64,000 nt of DNA from Felis catus (taxonomy: Eukaryota): NCBI RefSeq assembly GCF_018350175.1, contig NC_058383.1, forward strand, positions 20,028,001 through 20,092,000, read 5' to 3'. Positions within the stretch are counted from its first letter, which is position 1. Every line of letters begins with the position of its first letter. Shown here one piece after another: positions 1 to 12,514 of this stretch. The translations under genes were made by a program, and so were the position numbers. The notes under the pieces were generated by a model. That model did not search any database. It was not told the DNA's origin and worked only from the letters and a program-made list of their open reading frames with translations.

Positions 1-231
1 TCGCTGCTCCTTCTCACCTCCCGTGATAAGAACGAAACGATCAGAGAGATCTAGGTCGTGTTGAAGAAGAAAAGTCACCATTAGCCTGGGTCCCTGAACC
101 CTGGGTGCGGAGTAGAGCACCTGCCGATATGAGGAACCTTCCCTAGATGACAATGAGGGAGAAACTTCTACTGTGTTTGAGCTATTATTTTGGGGGGTCT
201 GTTACAATACCTGAGCCTATCCTGACTGATA
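1..231 (+). mobile_element. 3' part of an ancient MaLR (MLT1-like) solo LTR
   Basis: Ends in MLT1-style terminus ...ctgtgtttgagctatta...ttggggggtctgttacaa...cctatcctgactgatac; family from recalled consensus. Confidence 0.55.
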
Positions 232-489
232 CGTCATCTAGTTGAGAGCTTCAGGCCGTGCACAAACTGAACAGTCCTACCACCTACTGAAATGTTAGCT
301 CCTTGATCTAACTCATCCTTCATTTTCCCGCCCCCAATGGGTATCGACCACAGAAGTAATACATGTTTATTGTAAAAATAGACAACGAAGACTTGCGCAA
401 AGAATTAAGTTTCAATTGCTGTTAATTACACCATCCACAAATAACCACCCTAAACCTTTTTCTCTATTTTATTCTTTACTGTTATTTAA

Positions 490-710
490 TTTTTTTTTAA
501 TTTAAATTTATTACATTTATTTTTGAGACAGAGGGAGAGAGAGCGCGAGCAGGGGAAGGGCAGAGAGAAAGCGAGACGTTGAGTCCGAAGCAGACTTCAG
601 ACTTCGCTCTGTCAGCACAGGGCCTGATGCGGGGCTTGAACACACGAGCTATGAGATCGGGACCTGAGCCGAAGTTGGACGCTTAACCGACTGGGCCACC
701 CGGGTGCCCC
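490..710 (-). mobile_element. Can-SINE (SINEC, carnivore tRNA-derived SINE), older copy
   Basis: T-rich tail and (GA)n on +, body gacctgagccgaagttggacgcttaaccgactgggccacccgggtgcccc is the reverse complement of the SINEC head. Confidence 0.95.
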
Positions 711-744
711 CACGTTCTTCATTAAATACACACATTTGCAAAGA

Positions 745-1120
745 CTATTTTTACTGAAGCATAAGATATATAAAGTAAGGTTCACAAATCATAAATGGAC
801 AGCTTAGTGAATTTTCATAAGGTGAATCCTCCCTTATAACTAGCAACTGTATCAAGAAACAGAACTTTCCTGCGCTTAAGAGACATTACTCTTACCCCAT
901 TCCAATTGTTAATATGCTTTTTAAAGAAATGTAATTGCATTACGATTCCCACTGTTTTGTTTTTATTGAGAGTTCATCGATATGTAACATTATATTAGTT
1001 TTAGGTGTATAACAAATAATTCGACATTTACATACATTGCAAAAAGATCACCACTAATAAGTCTAGTTAACATCTGTCACCATATATGGTTACAAAAAGC
1101 TTTTTGTGTAATGAGAACAG
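745..1120 (-). mobile_element. Degenerate L1 3'-end fragments (L1M-type)
   Basis: ttttattgagagttcatcgatatgtaacattatattagttttaggtgta...aagtctagttaacatctgtcacc resembles an antisense L1 3' UTR. Confidence 0.65.
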
Positions 1121-1255
1121 ACATGCTCCTTTTTAAAACAGAGATTTGACTCAACACTCTTTGTACACTGATTCCTAAGAATTACTAATATATCAAAAAC
1201 TTCTTTCCATGTCAATGTGTAGATACCTATCATGATCATTAATAATTAATAATAT

Positions 1256-1480
1256 GGGAGCACCTGGGTGACTCCGTCGGTTGGGCTTCTGACCCTTATT
1301 TTTGGCTCAGGTCATGATCCCAGGGTCATGGGATCGAGCCCCACACTGGGCCCTGCCCTGAAAGGACAGAGCCTGCTTGAGATTCTCTCTTCCTCTCTCT
1401 CTGTCCCTTCCCTGCTCGCAATCTGTCTCTCTCTCAAAATAAACATTTTTTTTAAAGAAGAGAGGAAACTTTATAAAAAA
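1256..1480 (+). mobile_element. Can-SINE, older copy
   Basis: gggagcacctgggtgactc head, CT-rich segment, A-rich tail; degenerate TSD aataattaataatatg (1241-1256) / aagaattaatactatg (1481-1496). Confidence 0.93.
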
Positions 1481-1789
1481 AAGAATTAATACTATGCCAT
1501 TTAATGCGTCATAATGTATTTAATGTACACATTTTGGTTACGTCTTTCTTGCTACTGAAAACAATACTGCAAATGAGAATTCTTGTACATGCATCTTTCA
1601 ACATTTTTTTCCTCCTAAAAAGGCAACCATAGAAATCAGCTTATTGGATCAAAGTATAAACACCTTAGGGGTTTTGAAAACACATTTTTAACTTTCTCAA
1701 CAGAAGGATTGTACCAGCCAATACTCCTGTTCCGCCACCCCCTCAAACACACGCTGTTCTTATATACCCGTCCCCTCTTGGAGCAAGTT

Positions 1790-2300
1790 CCAGTGTTTTG
1801 GCTGAACATTTGCACTTCGTTCCCTACTTCTGGCCATACTTCCTGACCCTCCTGGCAACTAGGGCGGTCATATGACCCAGGCCTGACCAATCATCGCATT
1901 CTTTGGAATGGGCCATCATCCAAGCACAGCCAATGAAGAGTTCTTCCTTGAGATTTGTATCCGAACAACGGAAAAGAGACATCTCTATCCACTACATTTG
2001 GTACGCTGGGAGGATGTGACTTTGGGGCTGTCTGTGGCCATCTCCCTCGCAATATGGAGGGCTTTGTTTGGTTTGTTTTTAGAATGAAACTAGAAACAAG
2101 CACAGTAAGACACAGGATTTGAGGCGGTAGGAAGACAGGCTGTGGTTAAGGCTGAATTTCTGAGGCTCTGTTTTTGTGGGTCTCTGCTCACAGGCACTTT
2201 TTGGTATCCTTCTTGGTTTCCAGTGGCAATGAATTACTTTTTTTTTTTTTTTTTTTTTTTGCTTCTGCTAGTTTAGGTTGTGTTTCTATCACTTACAATG
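1790..2300 (+). mobile_element. Ancient ERVL-class solo LTR (LTR33/LTR16-like)
   Basis: catatgacccaggcctgaccaatca motif and terminus tttttgcttctgctagtttaggttgtgtttctatcacttacaa. Confidence 0.5.
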
Positions 2301-2883
2301 GAAAGGGTGGTGGTGATACCGCGCTTCCGTGGAAAGAGTCAACCCAAAACAAGGAGGGAAAGTTGCTGACACGGGGATCATAATTCCCCACAGAAACCCC
2401 CTGGGAAGAAAGACTGAGTCGCATCCAGTCTTGAAAACCAAGCTTAGCGACTAGCCTTCAACTGAGGAGGGTATCTCTGCCTCTATCACTCTGCTGATGA
2501 TGTTTGAAAAGTTCTCTGTAAGTTGTTACCCGAATGCGAGGGTCTGTAAAGTATTTGGAACTCTGTCATTAGGCGGGGTGGGGTGTATCAGAATTATGCT
2601 GAGTTTGTAGGGGAGAACACTGTGGCTCCAAACAGTGTTGGTGACTCTTTGGTCAAAAGACTTTGTGATTTGGCTGAAGAAGAGCCCAAGTCACTTCTGT
2701 ATTTCTCAAGTAAAATGTCTTAGGTGTGGTCATCCCCACCAAACGAGGGCTCCCATCTTGGTCTCACCTTCTTGCCACATTAGGAGGTTGATGCACCTGC
2801 AGGGGCTAACACCAGGGGTACAGGAGAGAGAGGAAGGTCCAGCATATGCGGAGGGCCAGTGGAAGTCTAGGCAAATGGTCTGT

Positions 2884-2884
<1 letters not shown>

Positions 2885-2922
<38 letters not shown>
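2885..2922. repeat. (GT)19 microsatellite
   Basis: Perfect dinucleotide run. Confidence 0.99.
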
Positions 2923-2924
<2 letters not shown>

Positions 2925-4974
2925 TAGTTGGACATCCAGGCAGGCATTAAAGAATCCTATCACTAGGGACTAAGCCTCATCAACTGGGACTCCAGGAGAG
3001 TTCTAGTCCCCAGCTGGGAATCTGGGAATCTGGCAGGATAGGGGAACATCCTTTCCTAGAAGTATTCTGAATAATTAGGAAGATTTGCTAGGCTGGGACT
3101 GAAGAATGAGGGGTGGGGGGTGGGGGAGGCAGGTCTGAGTGTTTGGAGGATAAAGTCCAAAGCAGAAGCACAATCTATGACCACATAGGTGACAATGCGA
3201 CACTTGGCCCATAATAGTTCTGAGACTCAGTGTTCGCATCTCTAAAATGGGTGCCAGAAAACCCACCTCAGCAAGTGGCAACTAGTGAGTCATGGACCCA
3301 GAAACGTGGAAGTCAGAATCTCCTCGTGTGGGGAGGGGCGTAAGGGATTTGCCAGGGATTTGCCAAACATTAGCATCAGTGTGGGAACTCAGATCTCAGA
3401 ATTACTTGCAACGGAAGTCCTAAACCTCAGGGCCTTTGCACTTGCTATTTCTGTTGCTTGAAATACCCTTCCCTCCACTCCTATTTATCTTTCAGATTTC
3501 AGTTTAAGTGCTATTTCTTTTGTGAAGCCTCCCCTTTCCCACACTTGCCACAGACCAGATTAAGCTTCTATTTTTATCGTGTACTTTTGTTTGTTTAATG
3601 ACCCGCTCCCACAACCGTCCTCGGTTATACCGGCAGCTTTGGGGGGCACTCTTATAGCACAGAGTTGGCACTTCATGTTTATTGAACAAGTGACCGAGTA
3701 AGTCAAGGAGTGGAGACTTTGGGACACCTTCCTGAGGTCCATCAGGGATGGTGACTCCAGGTCAAGTTCAAAGGATGACACCCTAGAATGATTGGAATTC
3801 TTTTAGCCTCAAGATTCGAATTGGGGCTGGGTGAGCTTATAAAGGAGGTGTAAGATCTGGAACCCTGACACCCTCCCCAGGCTGGGCAGTCAGGACAGAC
3901 AATGACAGGAACTAATGGTCTCCCTGGGCTCTTTTTCTTCCAGAAGAGTTGAGAAAGGTCACATCTTGAGTATCTGATGGTTCGCAAAGGGAAGTCCATC
4001 TGGCACATCTCCTGGTCCCCCCAGCCGCCCCCCCCCCTTTGTCACCAACTCTTTCTGGAAGTCAGTCTCTGCCTGTGATTCTTTATTCCCCGGGACCTGC
4101 TTCACCCTGTGTTGCTGGGGCTCTATCTTCTTCCCTGTGATTGATCACCGCAACACCTCTTGCCATTCTCCTCTGCCATTTGTCTGCTTTCAATAATTAT
4201 TTAAGCTTTATTAGATATTTATCAAGTAAACTGTCAGCTTCTGAAGTTTGCTTATTGTAGCCAGAGGTTTAGAAGGGCAATTTATATGCATCTCAGAGCT
4301 CACACGGCAAATCCTCTCTCTGGATTGAAATTATGATATGAACAGGATGTTTTATGAGATAATAGAAGGAAGGTTTTCAAATTCGAGGGTTGGATATGTT
4401 GGGTTTTTTTTTTTTTCCTCCTCTGAGCTTTCCTGGGAAAGAAATATGTAAGCAGCTCTGATGGCTGGTTATCAGAAAGGAGGGTGTGGAAATGTACTCT
4501 CTGTGGGGAACTGAGAAGGAACAGATGAATGGTCCGGTTCAGATGGCCTTTAAATTCATGAGGTTCAGTGCAAGCCAAGTTAAACACCGCTGGGCTCTGT
4601 AGCTCCCTGAACTCTGCTGAGACGGGAGATTAATCTGGCTGTAGGGCACTGAAGGGGGTACCACCAGCCAGGGGAGAGCTAGGAAGGCAGGAACCACAGT
4701 TAGACGCGGTTGCGAGAGTGTAGGTGAGCCATAGTGTCGTGACCCAGAACGTGGGCAGTGGGATGGGTTCAGATGGCATCTTCGCAGAGGGTGAGAGCCA
4801 AAAGGCTCTGACACATAATAAGAGTGGCACAAGCATTCTGAATAATATTTCTGGGGGCAGAAATTCTTTTATTTCTGTTTCCAGTCTGATACAACCCTGA
4901 GGGGTAGACATTTTTAATACCATAGTTTCTCACACATAGAAGCTGAAGCACCAAAAGTCACCGAAGAGAACACC

Positions 4975-5737
4975 TGTTGTTTTCGCTTGTCTGGTATCTA
5001 TCCCCACCCCCCCACCCCCGTTTTTGGTAGCAGAAGCCAGAGTTTCTTTGGATGGCGGAGAGGGAAGCATCCATTCTCCCTTCTCAGTTCATGAAGTTGG
5101 GATAGGATTGATTAAGCGTCCAGCTTCAGAAGTGGGCATGTGACCCAGGTTTGGGCAGTGGGTGTATTTTGGTCCCCTGACCGGAGTCACTGCTCATGTG
5201 TGGAGTGGCCTCCTGACCAGACCAAGGCATTGGCTCTCTGTTCTGGGGCTTTGTCTCAAAAGATTAGGGAAGAGAAGCCTTTTCTGTACTGTAACGTCCG
5301 GGGCTGTTAGAAGCCTCCAGTAGGGGACCACCTGCCTATAACTGAAGGCAGAGGAAGGAGAAGAGAACTGAGAAGAGAGAGATCTAATGACCTACGTAGG
5401 CCTGGACCTAACTAGTCCTGAAGAGCCTACGTCCGTCTTTTTCAGACGGATGACCCAGAAAGAGCTTATAGTACCGCTATATGATATATAATAATATTAT
5501 ATTATCTTAATTAATAATGTCAATAATATTAATAATTAATAGCAATAATATTAATCATAAATACAAAACATTATATTTTATATTATATATAATATAAGCT
5601 ATATTACCGCTTACATTCAGAGCTATATGAACCAGAAAGAGCTTATATTACCTCCATTATTATTACCATTATTATTTTCTTATATCATTTTGAGTAATAT
5701 TTTCTATCACTTACAACAAAGAGCCTTAGTCAATACA
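4975..5737 (+). mobile_element. Ancient ERVL-class solo LTR (LTR33/LTR16-like) interrupted by an AT-rich insert
   Basis: gggcatgtgacccagg motif; terminus tttctatcacttacaacaaagagccttagtcaataca resembles the element at 1790-2300. Confidence 0.5.
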
Positions 5738-6699
5738 CAGTCATCCAGCTAGAGCGGCAGGGACGGAGGTGATGCTCGCAAGGATGATTTTGGGGGGACT
5801 TAGATCTCAAAGTCTGTACTACTGACACCGGGTTTGTTGTGAGGGAGAAGCACGTAGAAAAAGATAAAACGAACTGCAGTCCGACCCCTTGGAAGTCACC
5901 TAGAAACTAGGAATCGAGGCAAAGGACCAAATTCTGGCTCAGCAGCTCATCTCTGAGTGACCTTGGGCGAGACCTCGACCTCCCTGGGCTTCAGAGCCAC
6001 ATTCTTCCTTGGGGACGTTCGTTTATGGTTCTAATTTTTCATTTTTATTTTCTTTGGGGGTGAGAATCAGAAATTACAAGGATGCTCTGTAAACAAAAAG
6101 GTCTGTAAGTATGCTGCTGTTACTGTTACTACTCTTACTAAAGTTCCCCATCGCCGGGTTGTCTCAGAGAGGCTGGACGCCCACCTGTCCCGGGTATTAA
6201 ATACAAGCAACAGACAAGACGGTGATTAGAGTAGACGGTCCTCAGGAATCTTGATGAAGGGAACGTATATCTCGGAAGCAATGACTCTGAGTGTGGAGCT
6301 TGTACGTTAACCCGCTGGGTCCCGCTGCACTTCTTCAGGGTTGATTTACTACCTGCGTTTTCCGACTTGGGAGTGCAGACTCCTTGTTCAAGGTCACACA
6401 GGGAGCCAATGGCTCACCTGGGTCTCTGGTCAGTTCCACTCGACCCTACAGGTCTCGTCTTTCCACTGAGGTGTCCTGCCTCTGGATTTAGAGCAGTAGT
6501 GTGGGGGAAACTCAGGAAGCTCATAGAAAGAAGGGAAAAGATACGGCCGAAGGGATCGTCCGAAATGTGGCCTTCAAGAGAAAAGACAGAATGTCCTCAG
6601 TAGCTAGCTACCTAAGACACAGCTATGAGATCTGCAAGTTGGGTAGAAGGCCTGGCTGGATCAAGTCGCTTGACCCACTGGAGTCTTGATTTTGTTAAG

Positions 6700-7420
6700 G
6701 TTCGTTCATGCACTTATGAATTCATTCATGGAACATTTGTTGAGTTCCTACCGTGGTCAGAGCCTTGGACTAAACTTGTGAAGATGAATTAATCACTGTC
6801 TTTTCCTCTGAGGAATTTCACCCGTGGAGGGAGGTATTCCTGCAAATAATTCACTCTAGTACAATGTTGTCGGTTCTAGTACAATGTCATAAGTTCTAGT
6901 ACAGTGTCGCAAGCTGTGACCAAGATGTGCATCATAGGGACTAAGTAAATAGAAACTAATCTGAGATGAGGAAATCTTGGAAAGGCTTATACAGGAGGAG
7001 GGACTTATGAGTGGGGTTTTGAGGAATACATAGGAGTTTGTCGAGTGCACAAGGTGAGGGAAGGACATACCCGGCAGAGGGAATGGCCTGAGGAGAGCTA
7101 GAGAGGAGCCCATGAGTGGAGAATAAGTAGCTGTTTAATCTGGTTGGAACCTGGGAGGTGGGTGTGTAGGAGATGAGCTTGGAAAATTCGGGAGGGCCAA
7201 AGGATGAACAGATGCGAAGATATGGTTTGGATATTAGCCCGGGTGCGATGTGCAGCCTTTGAGGGAATTCACTCCTGGGAATGACAAGATCAGCTTTGAA
7301 ATTTGCAAAGCTGAACCTTGCTGTGCTATTGGAGGAGGCACTGGAGGACGCCAGACCTGACGTGGCGAGGTCACAGAGGGGGCTGCTGAACTCCTCGGGG
7401 AAGGGAACATACGGACTCGA
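6700..7420 (-). mobile_element. L2 fragment
   Basis: ttcattcatggaacatttgttgagttcctac is an antisense L2 3' end, followed by purine-rich L2 body. Confidence 0.65.
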
Positions 7421-7697
7421 GTCAGGACAGAGGGGCCCTTCACAGCAGTCTTGTCTGCTTGTATGCCTCCAGGGACAGGGAGCTCACTATCTTATGGGCT
7501 AACAAAGCCCTTTTTAAGCTTCCCTATAGCTCCAATGACCACTCTTAGAGTAATGGTTCCCCCCCCCCCCCACTTCTTATCTATGGGCTCCTGGAGGGAA
7601 GAGATAGAAATCTAACTGAAGGAGGCTACCAAGATGGGGGCAGTTTCAGTGCATGCCAACAAGTCAGGGAAAAGAAATCAAAGACTGTGTCACGCCA

Positions 7698-7824
7698 GGG
7701 GCGCCTGGGTGGCTCAGTCAGTTAAACATCGGACTCTTGGTTTCAGCTCATGTCATGATCTCACGGTTCATGAGTTTGAGCCCCGTATTGAGCCCTTGTG
7801 CTGGCAGCATGAAGCCTGCTTGGG

Positions 7825-7877
<53 letters not shown>

Positions 7878-7938
7878 GCCCCTCCCCCACTTGCATTGTC
7901 TCTGTCTCAAAATAAATAAACTAAAAAAAAAAAAAAAA
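7698..7938 (+). mobile_element. Can-SINE with expanded (CT)n
   Basis: ggggcgcctgggtggctcagtc head, (CT)n, aaataaataaa plus A tail. Confidence 0.96.
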
Positions 7939-8094
7939 GAATTCATGATGCTTTGTGCGTGGAGAGGTGGAGAGGAGAACTCAAACGCCAGATTCCTTCT
8001 GCCTTGGGATCCTGTTTGGAATGCCCTCTGAACTCTACATCCTTTGGAACAAAACACACCACCAAGAAACATCCAGGTTTCTAGACATCTGGAC

Positions 8095-8328
8095 CACGGG
8101 TCGGTAACCTTTTTCTGAAAGAGCCAGAGAGCAAATGTTTTGGGCTTGGCTGGCCATAAAGCCTCTATTGAGATGACCCAGGTCTGCTCTTAGAGTGTAA
8201 AAGCAACCACAGGCGACACGTAAATGAATGAATGAGTCGGCTGTGTTCTAACAACACTGAATGTATAAATATGGTGGTGGGGGGGCGGGGGGGGGGGTTG
8301 ATCCACGGCTGCTGTTTGCCTATCCTTG
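8095..8328. mobile_element. MER58A-like hAT-Charlie non-autonomous DNA transposon
   Basis: TIR-like ends cacgggtcggtaa / tttgcctatccttg; internal match to MER58; degenerate 8 bp TSD atctggac / atctacac. Confidence 0.8.
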
Positions 8329-9469
8329 ATCTACACAGGACGCTTGGGTGGAGAAACCGAGGCTTCGCTTTGAGAAACAAAGTGAAACAAAGCGAAATCC
8401 CTTGTTATCTCATGGTCCCTTAACAGCACATGCTTAGCTAAGAACACGCTTCCTAAATATTGGTTGAATTTTTATCTACACGTGCCAATTCTTGGTGGTA
8501 ATGAGCTTAGTCTTAGAATGTGTATTCCTGGGCTACTGGGAAGGAAGGGTGAATGGCTTGACTTTCAATAGTAAGTTGCAGTGCACTTGAGCCCATAGGA
8601 AGGAGGGAGGAGATGCCCAGATATCTCTTTTCTTCCTCCAACGCCCTTAGTCTTCTGGGCCACCTGGTTGGTCTCGGAGGGTGGTTAGGGAATGTAGGAC
8701 CTGTAGCAGACTGAGTTAATGCACGATTAGGGAGGACAGCCAGTATTGGGTCTCCAGCTGAGTGGTGATGCCACAATGGAGCGAAGTCAGCTTAGTTTTG
8801 CCGTATCCATTCCACACCAGGGTGTCACCCGTGGAAATGGGTTACTCCCGAATGAGATGATCCGTAGTCAGAAACCAGAAACACCTGGTCTGATGCAGCA
8901 GGTTCGGGCTCCAAACAGACTCCGTGTTCTGCTACTTTCCAGCCATATCAACTCAAACAAGCATCTTGAACCCTCTGAGCCTCATGGTAAAATGGGCATA
9001 ATACTGCTTTCCTCTCAGGAATTGTCTCGGAAATTAAATGAAATTGTGAGTATAAAGCATCTTGCATCGTGCTCGGGTATTAGCGAGTGCTTTGTTGTTA
9101 GGGATTATTTTGTATTGCTATGAAGATGAAACACCCACAGGGATGGTCGCAGCATACCGGCCACGCGGAGGTCATGAGTTTGTTTTGTGGTATCAGGTCC
9201 CTCGGTGTGTTAATGGGTGTGAATGAGGTCATGGTGGATGTATCAGTGTGTAAGGGATCACAAGTGAGGAAGTGCTTAGCATAGTAAGTTCTCCATTTTT
9301 AAGAGTCTGGGGAGTGAAAGATCCTGAAGGCCGAGCATAGCTCTCTCAGGGTGAATACCTAAGCGCAGAGTGAATACCTCCCACACTTAAGGCAGAAATC
9401 AATAGTCTGTAATCTTTCTGAGGCCTCGCTGGGGTCACCATAGGCCACTCCTGGAAGATTCTGGAACTT

Positions 9470-9605
9470 CTCCCTGCCTTCTCTTTTTCTTTCCTCCCTC
9501 CCTCCCTCCCTCTGTCCCTCCCTTCTTTCTTTCCATTTTTCCTTCCCTCCTCCCTCTCTTCCTTCTTTCCCTCCTTCCTTCTTCCCTCCCTCTGCCTTCC
9601 ATCCA
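9470..9605. repeat. CT-rich (TCCC/TTCC) low-complexity tract
   Basis: Nearly pure pyrimidine on +. Confidence 0.9.
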
Positions 9606-11097
9606 TGCATCAAAGCTTGCTCTGTGCTTCTTGGCCTTAAGGGTGCCAGGCACAGCTTGCATTCTATACGAAGCCAACCGAGTCTCCTTCCTTAGATAGC
9701 ATCAGTGACGGAGTGGGTGACTGCACCAGATCAGCTCTGGGCTGCCCCACCTCCTGTGAGCTGGGGTCTTCCAAAGGCTCGGTGGACCCCAGGGGTGCCT
9801 AGGACAGAGGCACTGTGGAGGCTTAGCCCTGGTAACCCTACTGCCCGGGGCCTGCCAGTCTCCATCATGCCCCTGGTGAACGAACCCCTGCCCTATTAGC
9901 CGTCCTCCGTTTTTCCATCGTGTTGACTTGGTGTCTGTGGCTGGTGTCCATCCCTGGCCAACACAGGTCCTCTCTTCTGGGGATGCGGGGGCCCGAGTTT
10001 CTCATCTTGCTCCTCAACCATTTGCTTAGAAGCTCTGGGGCCTAGAACCACAATCGTGCTGCCTGCCTGACTTCAGGCTCCATGACTGCCCGGGTCCTCT
10101 CAAAGTCCTGTCTCATCTGAGCAGACCTTCTTGATGGTCATGTGTCCAAACTCTACTTGGGACCCTTGCCCCTGCTTTCCACAAGGCAAGTCAGCCAACC
10201 CTGGCCTGGACCCTGTTCCTTTTTCCACCACATCTTCGCCAAGACCAGAGGGCTCCTTAGAGATCGCTCCTTCCTATGGAGGCTGCCAGGCTGGGGGCGG
10301 CCTGGGGGTCTCCGGGTCTGGTAGGAGACTAAGAACGGATCGGAGGCGGAATCCGGAACGCCTGGTCCCACAGAGACGTATAAATCGCCTGACTGCTGGG
10401 AAGCCTTTTAAATGTTTTGACAACCCTCGATCCATCAGAGCCTTTAATTGGGTTTTGACTGAGTTGTTCTATATGTAAATACCAGTTACTGGTGGGGTTG
10501 TTTATAGCCAAACTGTCTGTTTATGCAAATTGTGTTCCAAGATCACAGCGTTTTCATTGCGGGATAAAAACATTCCTTTTATTTAATGCCAAAATCGCTT
10601 CTTCCTTGGGCTGGGGTTTATTTTCCTCTTTGGTTTTTAAATACAGCACGGCAATTTGGCGAGCCAGGGAGGCGGCTCCAATCCAGCTGAGGCTTGCGAG
10701 GCCTCTCGAGGAGCGGGACAGTGAAGGTGGCCATTGGGGGTCCAACATGGAGTGTGCTCTCAGCCCGTCAGCCCAGCACCACACCCCCTCCCCTGCCCCT
10801 GAGAGATGGCAGCGTTCATGGCCCCTCAAAGCAGTCTGGCCCATGTGTGGGCAGTTCTGACTGCTGCAAAGCTGTCCCTTAGAAGGACATCGAATTTGCC
10901 TTCCTGAAACTAAACCTCTGCTCCAACTGACATCCCCCTGGACCACCTGACTCCTCATCGCTCACCTGGATGATTGTCACAGCCTCTCACTTACCCCCAA
11001 GTGATCTCCTCAAAGCCAGACTGGACTTCTGGCAATGCAGAGCTGTCCCTGTCTCTCTCCTGTGTCTCCACCTTTTGCCTTTAAGACAAAGCCCACT

Positions 11098-11326
11098 GGG
11101 GCGCCTGGGTGGCGCAGTCGGTTAAGCGTCCGACTTCAGCCAGGTCACGATCTCGTGGTCCGTGAGTTCGAGCCCCGCGTCGGGCTCTGGGCTGATGGCT
11201 CAGAGCCTGGAGCCTGTTTCCGATTCTGTGTCTCCCTCTCTCTCTGCCCCTCCCCCGTTCATGCTCTGTCTCTCTCTGTCCCAAAAAAAAAAACAAAACA
11301 AAACAAAAAAAAAAACGTTGAAAAAA
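11098..11326 (+). mobile_element. Young feline SINE (SINEC_Fc-type)
   Basis: CpG-intact body; perfect TSD taagacaaagcccactg at 11082-11098 and 11327-11343. Confidence 0.98.
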
Positions 11327-12049
11327 TAAGACAAAGCCCACTGTCTCTTGCGTGGTTTGTCTGATGCTCTGTGACCCATCTTTGATGTCCTGCCAGGTCA
11401 TTCCTTGAACCCTAAACTCCGGCTTTAGTGAATCACTTCAAGGCTTCTCTCCCTGGCTTCCCAAAAGATGCTAAGGAAACGAAATGTCACAGAAATGTAC
11501 ATTCGTGTCCCTAGTTATCAAGTGCACCCAACTGAACGTTGGTGATGAGGCTGCAACCAACGCAGGGAAAGACTCTGCCGCCGTGGAATTTCTCTCCTAG
11601 GGGAGTTTAAATACCTGGCCTCCAGTCTCAACTGGGGAACGTCTCCTTCTGGGGTCCACAGTCAGCATGAGATCAAGGCTTGCTTCTTTACATGCTCACT
11701 GCCACCACTTCCCCCTCTGTCTTAGCAAAGGAACCCTTCTCTGTCTTTACAAAGAAGATTACAGTCGGCAGGCAAAATCCCCCTATAGTCCTTTTCCTCC
11801 GCACCTGAAACTCACAGCCCCCTCATTTTAGAGGAAGATCGTGCCAGGTGGATCCACCTGTATCCCCAAGGCCAGCCTGTCCTGTCCACTCGGGGATTCT
11901 GCTCTGCTGACCGTTGTCTGTTTCTCTTACATATTTGTCTCCGCCTCTTTACGCTTTGTCATCACCATTTCAACACGCTCAAGAATCCCTCCCGCTTTGG
12001 AATAACAGTTTTGTAACAAGGCTCCCCCCGCTGGCACACATTCTTCCTG

Positions 12050-12172
12050 CTCAGAGGCTCTCAAACATCACAGAGCAATTGACGCAGAAGGGGGTGGTCA
12101 GGAGCCCAGGAATCAAGATGTTTTGAAACTTCCCCAGGTGATTCTGTAGCCAGCCAGGGTTCAAAGTCACTG
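12050..12172. mobile_element. MER5-like hAT-Charlie fragment
   Basis: gagcccaggaatc...ccccaggtgattctg...cagccagggtt...cactg terminus. Confidence 0.6.
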
Positions 12173-12313
12173 CTATTGTCTTACTGCTTCTGTCCCTGCT
12201 ACAGAAAATCTGTTTAAAATTAGCCCAAGATACTGCCTGAATTTTCCACCTTTTCTCCTTAAAGCCCACCTTTCAAAGACTCTTTGTATCCCAAACATTA
12301 AAATCTAAGGTCC

Positions 12314-12514
12314 TTTTTTTAAAATATATTTTTTAATGTGTATTTATTTATTTTGAGGAAAAGAGAGTGCACGCAGGGGAGGGGCAGACAAAGAGGGAGA
12401 GGGAGAATCCCAAGCAGGCTCCGCACTGTCAGTGCAGAGCCCTATGTGAGGCTCGAACTCATGAACCATGAGATTATGACCTGAGCCAAAATCCAGAGCC
12501 CCCCAGGCGCCCCC
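12314..12514 (-). mobile_element. Can-SINE, older copy with internal deletion near the head
   Basis: Antisense SINEC body; degenerate TSD aatctaaggtcctt / aatccaagatcctt. Confidence 0.92.

Noticed and set aside
11098..11180. tRNA gene (A and B boxes present)
   Set aside because: tRNA-derived SINE head followed by SINE body, CT tract, A tail and TSD; the same applies to the other SINE copies
11035..11401. Recurrent GAPGWRSRLSVRLQPGHDL peptide in several ORFs, suggesting a gene family
   Set aside because: It is the translation of SINEC_Fc copies
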